In this document: piece after piece, positions 36,536 to 48,042 of the stretch | How the letters are laid out: each line of letters begins with the position of its first letter | Numbering within the stretch: position 1 is the first letter of the stretch | Source: Takakia lepidozioides | Taxonomy: Eukaryota > Plantae > Bryophyta | DNA: 64,000 nucleotides | Direction: 5' to 3' | Assembly (NCBI GenBank): GCA_030704615.1 | Contig: CM060732.1 | Span: forward strand, 65,968,001 to 66,032,000 | Made by a program: the position numbers and the translations under genes | Notes under the pieces: generated by a model | What the model was told of the DNA's origin: nothing | Seen by the model: the letters and a program-made list of their open reading frames with translations, nothing else | The model's database searches: none

Positions 36536-37360
36536 GATGCCTTTTAGACCTTTTTTTTCTTTTCTTTTTTTCCTTTTTTTTTATTAAAGGGGCCGAAGGC
36601 TCTTTGATAACCCTTCTAATCGGGACCCTACTATTGTTTGCTCTCATTTTACAAGCGCGAGCTGACCGGTGGGCCCCGCGCATGGACGCCCGGCTCCCCC
36701 CCCACCCGCCGCTGCGCGCGGTCGCCCAGCTGCTGCCGCGGCCCACTAGCCACGGCCCACCAGCTGCGCCCGTGGCACCCCGCCCACGCTCAGGCGCGGC
36801 CCGCATCACGCTCCGCCACGCCCCCAGTCCGGCGCGGCCAGTCCGCCCGCCAGTCCGCTGCCCGTGAGTCCAGTTCCCCCAGTCCGACAAACTGCCAGTG
36901 TGCCGGCCAGTCCGCTGTGCACGCCAGTCCGTTGTGCCAGTCCCCGCAAGTCCACCCAACAGTCCGCTGTGCCCGTCTGCTGCCCCCAGTCTGCCAGTCT
37001 GCAATCCGCGCCGGCCGAAGGATCTGGATCATCCATTCTGAGAAACCCAACCGCGCCATCCATGCCATTCCGCTGTGCCAGTCCGGCCAGTCCACCCAAC
37101 AGTCTGCCTGCCAGTCCGCCGCCCATGAGTCCGCTTTCCTCCAGTCCACTGATGATGCCGCATCTGGACCGTCCGTTCGTAAATGCCATCTGAGCCCTCC
37201 ATTTTTAGGGCATGAATTCAAACCTTATCCCTGCCGCTTGCCACTTGCCAGCAGCCGCGAACGTGCGCACTGATGCTCCTTGCACGTTGTCCATCGTGTC
37301 CAGTGTATTGCGGCGCGTTTCTTGCAGGTTCTGAAGCGTGTCCTCTGTACTGTATAGGGC

Positions 37361-39709
37361 ATGGACGTGGAAGCAGAAGGTGATGATATACTAAAAACGG
37401 GATGCTGGATTATACGGCCTCTTCGACAAAGTTTGCAAACACCCAAACCAGGACCCTTCAACACGAAGGACCTCCAATGGAAGAGAGACACGCAATATGG
37501 TTATATGGGTGCTAGACAGAATGTTCAGAAGGCATGCATACCGTGGGATAGAGTTGATGACTTTCTCCTTGGAGAGGAGAGTTTGGTGGACTACCCCACT
37601 CAGTTTTGGGTGAATGTCCATACTAAAGTGCAACCCGGCATGCTAAAAGAGCCGAGAGCCAACAGTTTTCTGAACAGTATCATGTGTGCACCATCCTCAT
37701 CGTCCTTTTGTAGTCTGATTGCATGTCTGTTGCCATTTTTCGTACCCACGTTCTGTGATTTCATGCTTCCAGAAGTCGATGGATATCCATTGTGATTTTT
37801 ATGTCCAGTTATCAATGCTACGGTCCAGATGACAAGCGCACCAACAATGCGATAGTGGAGGATCCCAAACTGAAACGTGGAGGACCTCTTGTGGGTGCTG
37901 GAACATCTCACCCTCATAAACCGTCGCCTACGTCCATTGTCTGTCTCTTCGGCAAGTCCCCTGCCATACAACGCAGTCCTGGCTGCAAGTCCGGCCCATC
38001 CATTTCTGCAAGTCTGCGGGCAAACCAATCCGCTGATAATGTCCTCTAGCGAAGTCCGTTGGAAGACTCACTTGCGCAAGTATGTTGCAAGGTCAGTCTA
38101 CTCGGGTGTGATGCCAGCAAAGTTTGGGTAAGTCTGCTGCCAGTCTCTTAAGGGCAAGTCTGCTAGTAAGCGAGTCCACCGGAGGGGACTGTTCGCAAGC
38201 AGTCCGCTGCAAGACTCACGTGTGCCAGTCTGCTGTGACCTCAGTTTGGTCCAACAAGTCCGCTGGCAGGCAGGTCCGTCGGAGAGGACTGTTCACAAGC
38301 AGTCCGCTGCAATACTCACGGGCGTCAGTCTGCTGCGACCTCAATCTGGTCCAGCAAGTCCGCTAGCAGGCAGGTCCACCGGAGGGGACTGTTTGCAAGC
38401 AGTCCGCTGCAAGACTCACATGCGTCAGTCTGCTGCGACCTCACTCTGGTCCACTGGCAGGCGAGTCTCAGACGGGCAGACCAGTCAACCAGAGAGTCTA
38501 CTGGGTTAGTGCCCAAGTCCACCGGCGAAGTCCTCTTTGAAGTCTCTCATGGGGGCGTGTGTACTTTGCAGGGCTGTTTTTCGAGGAATGCTCATTTTCC
38601 TGTGCCTTTGGCATGTCCGGCGGGCTTGGGTGAAGCAATCATGCGCGAAAACCAAAGATCATATCATTGCCGCAAACTTGCTGAAAGATATGGGAGACCT
38701 CATGTACTGTAGAGGTGGACCAAGCAATCCCAAATAAGGTCTTGCATGGGTAGCAACAACGCTCCGACGCATGAAAAAGAAATATCCAAATGGGCATGAA
38801 TTTTTGGACTACATCGATAAGGTATGGCGTCCTAAAATAGCAATGTGGTGTACAACAGCTCGCCATGTTCCGCATGCCAATCAAGACACAAACGCTAGCA
38901 TTGAGGCATACCATGGAAACTTGAAGACAAGACTGAGGATTGGGAAAGGCAAAATGACTGGGCGTAGAGTGGATTGGCTCATATGGGAACTCACGGGCCG
39001 TGTGCTAATACACTACTGGTATGCAATTCACATGAAGATGCACGGATTCATAAGGAATGACAAACAGGAGAAGTACATGTCCAGTTCTGTGCTTGCGGCA
39101 CGCGATATCCCAGCTTGCAATGTCACTCTTCCGTTCCATCCTGGGCAACCAGCCTATGTTCTAAGCACCAATCACCCAAACACAATTTACATTGTTTACA
39201 ACCCCGGCTGCGAATGGGCTTCTTGCACTTGCCTATGGGCAATGAAGGGCAATTTGTGCAAGCATCAAGTCCGAGTCCTGAAGTTGCTTCATCCATACTT
39301 GCAGGATGGACTCATAGTGCGCACTTGTAGCACGGCGCTGGAAACCATTCATGGAGGATTGCATAATGTGTTTAGGGTTCATGCAAGTGGCGGCGATAAA
39401 GAGGGTTTGGGAAATGCAACAGAGGGCCCTTCCACAGATGGCTTCCCCTATGATGTGGAGCCTGTCCTCGTACCATCCTCCATTGATGAAGAATTTGCAG
39501 ACATACTTCGCATTGTTGGTGACGACAAATACCTGGAGAAACATGTGTTGTCTTCTCTTCGTATCCGTAGGGGGCAGCTTGTTGATATTCTTGCCAAGAG
39601 TGCTGCAGGAATGTTGCACCCTGGGGCAACAAACAGCTTCCGTCCTGTAAATGACAACAACAATATGTCACTGAAAAGGAAATGGGATGTGCCATGGGCA
39701 TATGTCTGA
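37361..39709 (+). pseudogene. MULE-type SWIM zinc-finger transposase, interrupted
   Basis: ACIPWDRVDDFLLGEE; CYGPDD; LCLWHVRRAW (CxxH); NQDTNASIEAYHGNLK (catalytic E region); SWIM CTCLWAMKGNLCKH. Middle part replaced by repeats; stop at ~38735. Confidence 0.8.
38110..38470 (+). repeat. About 3 tandem copies of a ~118-bp unit
   Basis: gtccaccggaggggactgtt..caagcagtccgctgcaagactcac..cagtctgctgcgacctca recurs at ~38175, ~38275 and ~38375. Confidence 0.75.
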
Positions 39710-40029
39710 GTTCCTGAGGCCGTGGGTCATCCATGAGGATTAATTGGACAAGCAATGGCGGGGCATTTTGGACCTTCGTGGCTGCCAGGGCAACAGAATG
39801 TGCACTTTCGAGAACTTCATTCGATTCTGCCATAGTAAATTCCATGGAATAATAAAAGGGAACAAAAGGCCACCGGCCGTCCGTGACAATGCGATGGAGC
39901 TCATTATACCAATCCACATTGGCATTGACTTCCCCCACCCTCAGTCGGGCAAGTGTCAGGTCCACAGCTTCGGGATCAATGAGCGGCAATGGCGAGCGCC
40001 AAACTCCAAAAAGTCCCGTGGTGGTCGTG

Positions 40030-41100
40030 ACAATGGGAGTCTGCTGGCTGGGAGTCCGATCAATGGGAGTCTGCTAGCTTGGAGTCCGCTGGACAGCACT
40101 GTGGTGGATGGGCGTCTTCTGGGTGGCAGTCTGCTGGTTGGGAGACTCTTGAATAGCAGTCTGCTGGATGGGAGTATGTTGGACGAGAGTCTGGTACATG
40201 GGAGTGTGATGGACAAGACTGTGCTGACTGTGAGTCTGGTGGCCAAGACTGTACTGGATGGGAGTCTGCTGGGAAAGAGTCTGGGGGGCAAGAGTCTGTT
40301 GGATGCCAGATTGGGTGGGCTCTGTGTCCACCGAGTCTACAGTGAGTATGGTGTTGACCGGGGAGTTGGCGCATGCTTTGTTTGCAGAGTCCAGTGCTGC
40401 TATGGCGTCTGCTGAGCCAGGGTACTTAAACAAGATGTACTCCCGCACCCGCTCCACTTCCCAGCGCACCACATTCACTGCTAAAGGAGGGTCAGAGCTC
40501 ACCGTCCGCCAAGCACACATGGCCTCCCGAATACTGGCTCGTTCATTTTGGTATATGACAGAAAACCCAAAAACTCAGCATTGGACTCACTAGCAACAGA
40601 CTGACGAGCAGAGTCACCAGCATCGTGGCACAGAACAAAAGAACCAGCGGACTCTAGCAGACTCAACGGCAAGAGACACCTGCGCACCTACAGTGGACTA
40701 CAAGAGGGGACTGTACTACTGGACTAAGGAAGCACGACGAGCAAACTCATGGGACTGACCAGCAAGTCCACAAGCAGACTAACGCAGCAGACCGAGTAGG
40801 TAGCCTACCAACTACGAGTAGACTCACGAGCATCGTGGCACAGAACAAAGGAATCAACGGACTCCAGCAGACTGACGAGCAGACTCACAAGCATCGTGGC
40901 ACAGAACAAAGGAACCAGTGGACTCCAACAGACTGAACGACAAGAGACACATGCGCATGTATAGTAGACTGAACCAGCAGACTCTATGACAACAGACACC
41001 TGCGCACAGTGGACTGCAGGAAGCAAGACGAGCAAAATCATGGGACTGACGCAACAGACTGAGGCGGTAGACTACCAACTGTGGGGACAGACTGGGCATT
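40030..41100. repeat. Degenerate 15-bp repeats (40030-40320) and ~45-250-bp repeats (40585-41100) inside the MULE
   Basis: ggagtctgctggatg-like units; gcatcgtggcacagaacaaag occurs three times. Confidence 0.75.
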
Positions 41101-44100
41101 ACTTCCTCGTCGTCGTCCACATAGACGTCCTCCTCATCTTCAAGGGAGCTCAACCAATTTTCTCCGCTGCTGGATGGTTCTGCCTGAGCTATTTGTCCGA
41201 CTGGGGCAAAACTGTAGAAAAAACGGAAGCAGTCTAGATCGTCACTGGTGGGCACACCGATGGAGAAAGCCCAAATGGTATCAGGGCAATGTGCAGGACA
41301 GACTCCACTGTATAGTCTCTTTTGACTGGACTTCGTCCACGTGAACCCTCGACTGGTCAGGCAAGACAATGTCGACGGGAGATGAGACACCTCCTGACTG
41401 CGAATTCATCATTCTGAATGATTGTTGCAGACGGCTCAGCAGACTGGCTCTCATTCGAAGTACTGATGGTCTATGTCTGCTGCGTAGACCGTCTCCCTGG
41501 CATAGCCCGTAATACTTCCGGACTGCCTTGGGGACGAGTCTGCTGTTGAGATTTTTCCCTCGCCTCCCGAGCAGATCTTGCAAGCCTTTTCTCTTTCTTC
41601 TTCGGGCCCCATCACTAAGTTCTTTTTTTTTGGGAGCCATAGGCGATGGCGATGTCAGGTCAGCACATCTGCATGAAACAGTAGAACCCACCACATTACT
41701 GTGCGCGCACCTCCGCCAACGTGCGGGCCTCTTAGGGTTTGCACCACGGAGTCTGGCTGGTGTGGCCACATTCACCACCCTCATTGAACTTTGAACTGGC
41801 CCCGGCTTGAAGCCAGATGGGATATAACACTTTTTTTTGCAACCCGTGTCAACACAATGGCGGTTTAGCTGCACTTTGTCCTTGATAATTTTACTACAGA
41901 AGGGACAGTGGAGCTTATCCTTCTGCCAATTGGAGTCTGCGCTTGATTGCACGGAGGTCTAAAGAATGCTTCGACTATTTTCGCATCATACTCCTCAGGT
42001 GAGATAGTACCAGTACCTTCGCTCTTTAGCCTGGACTTGTGCATGGGATGCAACAGTCTGCTCCACCCTTTGCCCAAGCATCCTCCATGGCTGCAGAATC
42101 AGACAAGAGATGCAGCGGGCAATGGAGCGACAGACAGACTAAGAATAAGAAAGCAGAGAAGAGCGAAAAAGAGAATGAAACCAAAGCACAAAGCAAGAAG
42201 AGAAAAGCTCACCGGGCGTGTTGCGGAGGCAACGGTTGTTGCGACGATTCGGTGCTCACCGCGACTGTCCAGCCTCGAAAAGCTAACACGCAGAAGAAAG
42301 GAAAGCGGCTCGCACAAATGGGAGGTGGACGGGCCCTAAATAAACAGTGCGAAAAGAAGCGAAAGAAGTCTAGCGAGGAAGTGGAGAACAGGTATAACCC
42401 TGCATGCGCGGAGTAACGTGGTGAGATTTCACTGGCCCCCCTTTTTGGCCGCCATCGCATTAAATAGTTGCAAACCCCTCACAGTCGCTGTCGGTATGCC
42501 ACTACACGGAAAGTCCAGCAGACGAGCTGAGTGGGACTTATCGTAAGTCTTGCCGTCGCCGAATTATTACGTCCAGTAGACTTACTCCTGATGACAAAGA
42601 CGACCGAGCAGCAGAACAGTCCCTCGGAAAACAATACTCATATGCCACCGCAAGGACAGACTGACGACTGAGGTTAAGCGGACACTGACAAAAGAGACTA
42701 AGGCGAGTGCAGAGTCTGGTGCGGAGTCTGATGACGTGCCGCGACGTGATTGGGCCTCCGTCGATGATGTATTGCGTCCAGCAGACTTAAACCTAATGAT
42801 ATAACGGCCGAACAGACCCACTGCAAACAAACTTGCGCAACAACAGACTCATATGTCACTGCACGGACAGTCCAGCAGACGAAAGGTTCAATAGACTGAT
42901 GAAGAGACTGGCGCAGAGTAATTTGCGCGACAACAGACTGATTTCTAACAGACTAATATCCCAAAAGACAAAGTATCCCCTAGGCAGCCGGGTGATACGG
43001 GAGTAAACCGTAAACCACACTTTCTGTCCGAGTTCGGACGCGGCGCGAGATCACTGGCGCCCCTTCCCGCCGTCGTTGCATTAATAGGTCCAACAGACTT
43101 ACACGTGATCATAATGACGGCTCAGCAGACCTAGCGCAAACAGACTTGCGCCACAGTAGACTGACTTTGTGACAGTCCAGCTGACTGATATCAGAAGAGA
43201 CGAACAGACGAACAGTCCAACGGCTCAGCGGACTCACGACAATGCGGATAATTAAAAGGTAGTAGTTAAACGGACTCATATCCGAAGAGACGGACTTCCA
43301 GCTGACCGACGGTTCAACAAACTGACGAGAGAAGAGACTTCGGGGATAAGACGAGAGAAGACACTTCGGAATTCAGCAGGCAGTGATGGCCCAGTAGTCT
43401 AGTGAAGAACAGACTCGTGCCACACCAGACTTGTATCCCTACAGACCAACAGTCCAGCAGACCAGACTGATATCCCATCAGAACCACGTTTGGCGTCGTC
43501 GTCATGTCGTGGTTGCATTTCATCCGTCCAGCAGACTTACATATGCCCATACTCATGGCACAACACACTGCTTAGATAAAGTACTGACAAAGACGCAGTC
43601 GAAGAGCCTGTTGATCCACGCGCATTTGCAGTCGTCAGGACCTCGAACATCCATAAACAACGTGAATCCACATCTCTCAGGCTACGTCTCATTTCCCATT
43701 GTCCAGTTTTCAAGGAGACGGTAGTGGTTGAGATGTGATGTTTCAGGAGGTGCATCTGGATGTTTGAGGATCTTCGGACTGGATCCTATTCCGTTCACAC
43801 TCTCCACAGTTCCCAAACATGTGGTGGCAGAGACGTCCTCCCCTGAACAGTCTCATCGGTGGACATGAATTCTGCAATGTATACACGCCCCCACGTGCAT
43901 ATGCTTCCACGATTTCCGCTATCGTGTTACCAATGGTTTCCTGCTCCATACGAAGGAGCTCGGACTCGGACACACACCACAAACCGTAAACGCATGCAAT
44001 TTTTCCACATATCGACCTAAAAAAAGCACGTCAGCACAAAACGAAGGCGAAAATAGTGGAAACCTATGCACGATGGTGGCTGTAGAGCCCCGCCATCCCT

Positions 44101-47100
44101 CTCATGTTCAGGCACACCCTTCATCGTCATTAAAATCGCCCTAAACAAGAAGAACAACCGCATGCGTGCAAAGTCACCTCCGCAACATTGGACAACAAAG
44201 AGCCGCAAGAACGAGACAACAAGAACGAGTGGGCAAGTTCGTGGCAGGATGTTACGATCTTCCATGCCCTAAACATGGATGGCGCGAATGGGTTTCTCAG
44301 AATGGACGATCCAGATCCTTCGGCCGGCGCGGACTGGCAGATTGGCAGACTGGGGCAGCAGACGGCACAGCGGACTGTTGGGTGGACTTGCTGGGACTGG
44401 CACAGCGGACTAGCCGGCAGACTGGCAGTTTGGCGGACTGAGGGGAACTGGACTCACGGGCAGCGGACTGGCGGGCGGACAAGCCGCGTTGGACTGGGGC
44501 GCGGCTGGTGGGGCTGTGGCAGCAACCGCGCGAACGGACGTAAGGGGGTGTCCGGGCGGGGGGAGCCGGGCGTCCGTGCGCGGGCCCACCGGTCAGCTCG
44601 CACGTATTATTGTAAAAATGAGAGGCCTATTGTTTTCCCAAATGTCAGAGATATTTGTAACAAACCCAAAATAGAAGGAAATATGCTGGCATAAAAAAAG
44701 GATGAATAAGGTTGTGTAATTGTTGTTTTGCACGGATGTGTTCGTTCAAAACTCTAATGAGCAGCGGGTGAAGGTGACGTAGTGATTAGATGGGCAAGGA
44801 AGCAGCTGGATCGCAGGAGAATGAACTCTGAAGCTCATTAGATAGTGGCAAACTTGGTGGTTGCTGACCAGACTCTGGTGCCTGTAATGTCAATTTTGCA
44901 TTAAGTTTGAAGAGCAAAAGAAATGATCGAGGCGCTAGAATACCGACCGTGGTGAATCTGTAGTGACGAGATTGATGTTTATATGTTGGATGCATATTCA
45001 ATTAGAGAAGTCAAGAGAAGGTAGACATGCCAGTACTGTAAACATGCCCAACGTCTACTGCGAATGAGCAGTGCTTCAACATTACAAAGATTCTATGGGG
45101 GTGTTAGGGTGTTAGCATAGTGAGAGTACGAAGCGTCACACCCTATCCCTGGAGTAGTTATTGCAGGTAGTTCATGAGGTGTTGGGAAAACGTCATATAG
45201 TTAAGGTAGTTACTAGTTACATGTATTGAAAGGGGTCTGACACTCTTTCCTCTGTCCAACTATGACCAATTTCAGGCGCTCTGCTTGTTTTGCTGTTCAT
45301 AGGGTATTTACCAAAACTCCAAAGAAAACTGCTTGCTTGATTACATCCAACAGGAAAATCAACAACATTTCTCATGCACTTCTCTCTTCATAATCATAGG
45401 GCCTCAATGCAATCCAAAACCAGTATGGATCCCTGGTAACCAACCTCTCTTATTCCAGTCACAATTCTTTGGTTCAGATCGTAACAAAGATCACTCCAGT
45501 CCAAAGATAGTTCAGCCCTGTTCTTCACGGAAGTGTATTCACAAACAGTGACTAGAATCAACTCTAAACTGCCCCTTTTCAAATCAGCACTTGTGAGACC
45601 TTAGTCATAGTATTTACACCATCGCTCTGTACAAAAGAGAGATCATAGCCCCTGCTGCTGCCGCAGACCAACAAAGGCCTGTGACGTCTATTCTAACATC
45701 GACTTACAACTCTGTAAGCACAGCACCGGTTACAACATCCGGTCCACCCAACCACCACGCCATGCTAAATCTGATTTCCTGTCGAGAGCAGATCTGCTCT
45801 AGCCGCCAGTACACCATCATCCTCATCTTCTCCACCTTTGCCATCTCCAAGCTTTAAAATCCCTAATCGTCGATCTCTTCATGCACGCGAGCCTGCTCCA
45901 TTTTACCTGCAACTGTCAGTTCGGCGATATTCTAGCAGTCACTTGCTTCGCCAAACTGGTTGACATGTTTTGATCTTTGTTCAAGGCACCTAACATGTAT
46001 GATCAGTTGTAACTGTGTAGAGCTGTGTCGGCTGAACACTGTGAACATTCTTGTATGGAACTACATTCTTTCAATGCAGCTTTGAAAAGCTCTCGTTCTG
46101 TGTCTATGTATGTCTGGTCTTGTCTTGTATTTCTAGGGTGATCTAGTATAATCTTTACGTGTACCTATTTGCACCTCACATAAATCAGAAATAAGCTTGC
46201 AAAGTAGGAATCCAAGCAATGCCTTAATGGTGGTCCAGAAAAGCTCTCAGACAAACAAGGTAACCTCACCTCCATATCCCCTGTCCAAGACATCAGTGAA
46301 CAACAATGTTTGAGGGCTGTAAGGCTCCGCCATATGGAGCACATGCATCCATCAATTTCTAATTAGTGATCCAAACACCTCTTCCCTTCTGCCCTGTGTG
46401 CAACCACCCTCTTGCGCAGTCTCTCTGTTGCGACTGGCAACTTCATAGCTTCTTACTAACAAGATCGCAGAGTATTAAATTAAGCTAGTAGAGATAGTCG
46501 TGGTTCTGCAAGTCCTTGGCTCTGTAGACTATGAAAGATGTTTTACTGAAGTACAATAAGCTTCATTATGAGCAAGCTTGGCAAGTGTCTAATCTGACTG
46601 TTAGAATGTACACTCAATCGCATTAGTTACACACTACAGAATCTTCCATTGCTATTTGGAAAGAGAAGAAAATAAGCTATGTAATTGTGCCAAGATTCTG
46701 ATTCTTGTCCTTGTTTTGTCTCAAACTGGATCAGGTCACATCTTTTATCAACCCTGTACTTTCTTGAAATGCCAGAACTCCTCTGTCACACTTTCTCAGC
46801 TCAGGAGACGCCAAACAACCCTACCATTGCATCAGTGAAATACCAACCTGTGCCAACCTCTGTCGGGCGCGCTTATGGGCGGGGATGGGGAGGTACGCAA
46901 ACACAACGCTCGTAGGCACTATGCCATTTTTGAAGCTTGGGTGGGCTACTGTAGAGGGGAGTGTAGGAAATCCAGGCTATTGGTTGGAAGTGGAACACCA
47001 AAATTTGTCGAGTACATTTTTTGTAAGCCAGGTGTGTGTTGGCTAAGCGAGGAATTGAAGCATGCCTCTTGTGGCTATCTGTAGCACATTTGGGCACTAG

Positions 47101-47382
47101 AATGGCAATTTTGCCAGCTGCGGGGTGGATAAAGTCACGGCAACATAAGCATGAACAATACATGACTGAAGTGTGGAAATTGAGACCAATTCCATGGCAA
47201 CGATTTCTCTCACACTATAGAGCTTTCAACTATTGCCCATGCAGGGCATACCTCAATGCAGAAAGCAACCGAACCCATGTTGGCAAGTCAGTCTTTTTCT
47301 GGCATTGCTCTGTTATACATGCTGGCCTGATTACGAGGAAGCTCTTCAGCCACTGGTTACTTGGGATCTCTGTATCTGCTAT

Positions 47383-47911
47383 TATAACGTCCCTGTGAAC
47401 TCGAACCTGCGACAGGCTTGGCAGGACGTTGAACAGTTCAGCAATCGTCGACGGCTGTCTGGGTGAGGTGATGGGGATGTCACGTGGAACAGCTGATGTC
47501 ACGTGGAACAGCTGGTGGTGGCGATGTGTTGGCAGGATTCCGTTGATCAAGACCAAAAGCAAGAATGATGATGTTGAGAAGTGTACAGGGAGGAGAGTGG
47601 GGGACTTGACTCTCTTCTTCTGGTTTTTGGTTCCCTAGATAGAAGAGCTCGTAGATGTTGGCCGTACAGAGTGTGGAAGACAAGACGGCCATGGTGAATA
47701 GTGTCTACGAACAGGGAAGAGAGAGATAATACAGAAAATGATGCATGGTGTGGCGGTTGGGAGGACTGGTTGTGTTCCAGTACCATGTACAATTCTAGGA
47801 TTGGGTGCTAGTTCCTGTTGAGTCAAGAATTATTGTGACTTGAAGGATCTGTACATAAAGCAAATGGTGGTGTTTGGCCATTAAGTGGAATAAGACAAGA
47901 GGATTGTAAGA
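47383..47911 (+). repeat. Chromovirus 5' LTR
   Basis: tataacgtccctg...ggattgtaaga. Confidence 0.95.
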
Positions 47912-48042
47912 TCTTGGTATCAGAGCAGATTTCGACCTTTTGGGATTTGTGGTTTATGAGCCAATTGACATTCGGCTCTGGAAGCTCGTTGCTTCAGTGG
48001 GATATAATCTTTAAAGATAGATGTAGTACATCTCCAGAGTCG

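Larger units (their letters stand above)
36640..44626 (+). mobile_element. Mutator-like (MULE/SWIM) DNA transposon with ~350-425-bp TIRs
   Basis: TIRs ~36640-37064 and ~44274-44626 (g(c)ctctcattttacaa...gcgagctgaccggtgggccc...ccattctgagaaaccc). 9-bp TSD CTATTGTTT at 36631-36639 and 44627-44635. Confidence 0.9.

Noticed and set aside
36402-37273. Several long overlapping GC-rich ORFs (also 44166-44694)
   Set aside because: They lie in the MULE TIRs; openness is explained by stop-poor repetitive GC-rich sequence.
45100-46650. Possible degenerate TE or gene remnant
   Set aside because: No recognisable motifs or sustained reading frame.
46870-47100. Possible RNase H1 N-terminal/viroplasmin-like peptide
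   Set aside because: Similarity is too weak to support by eye.
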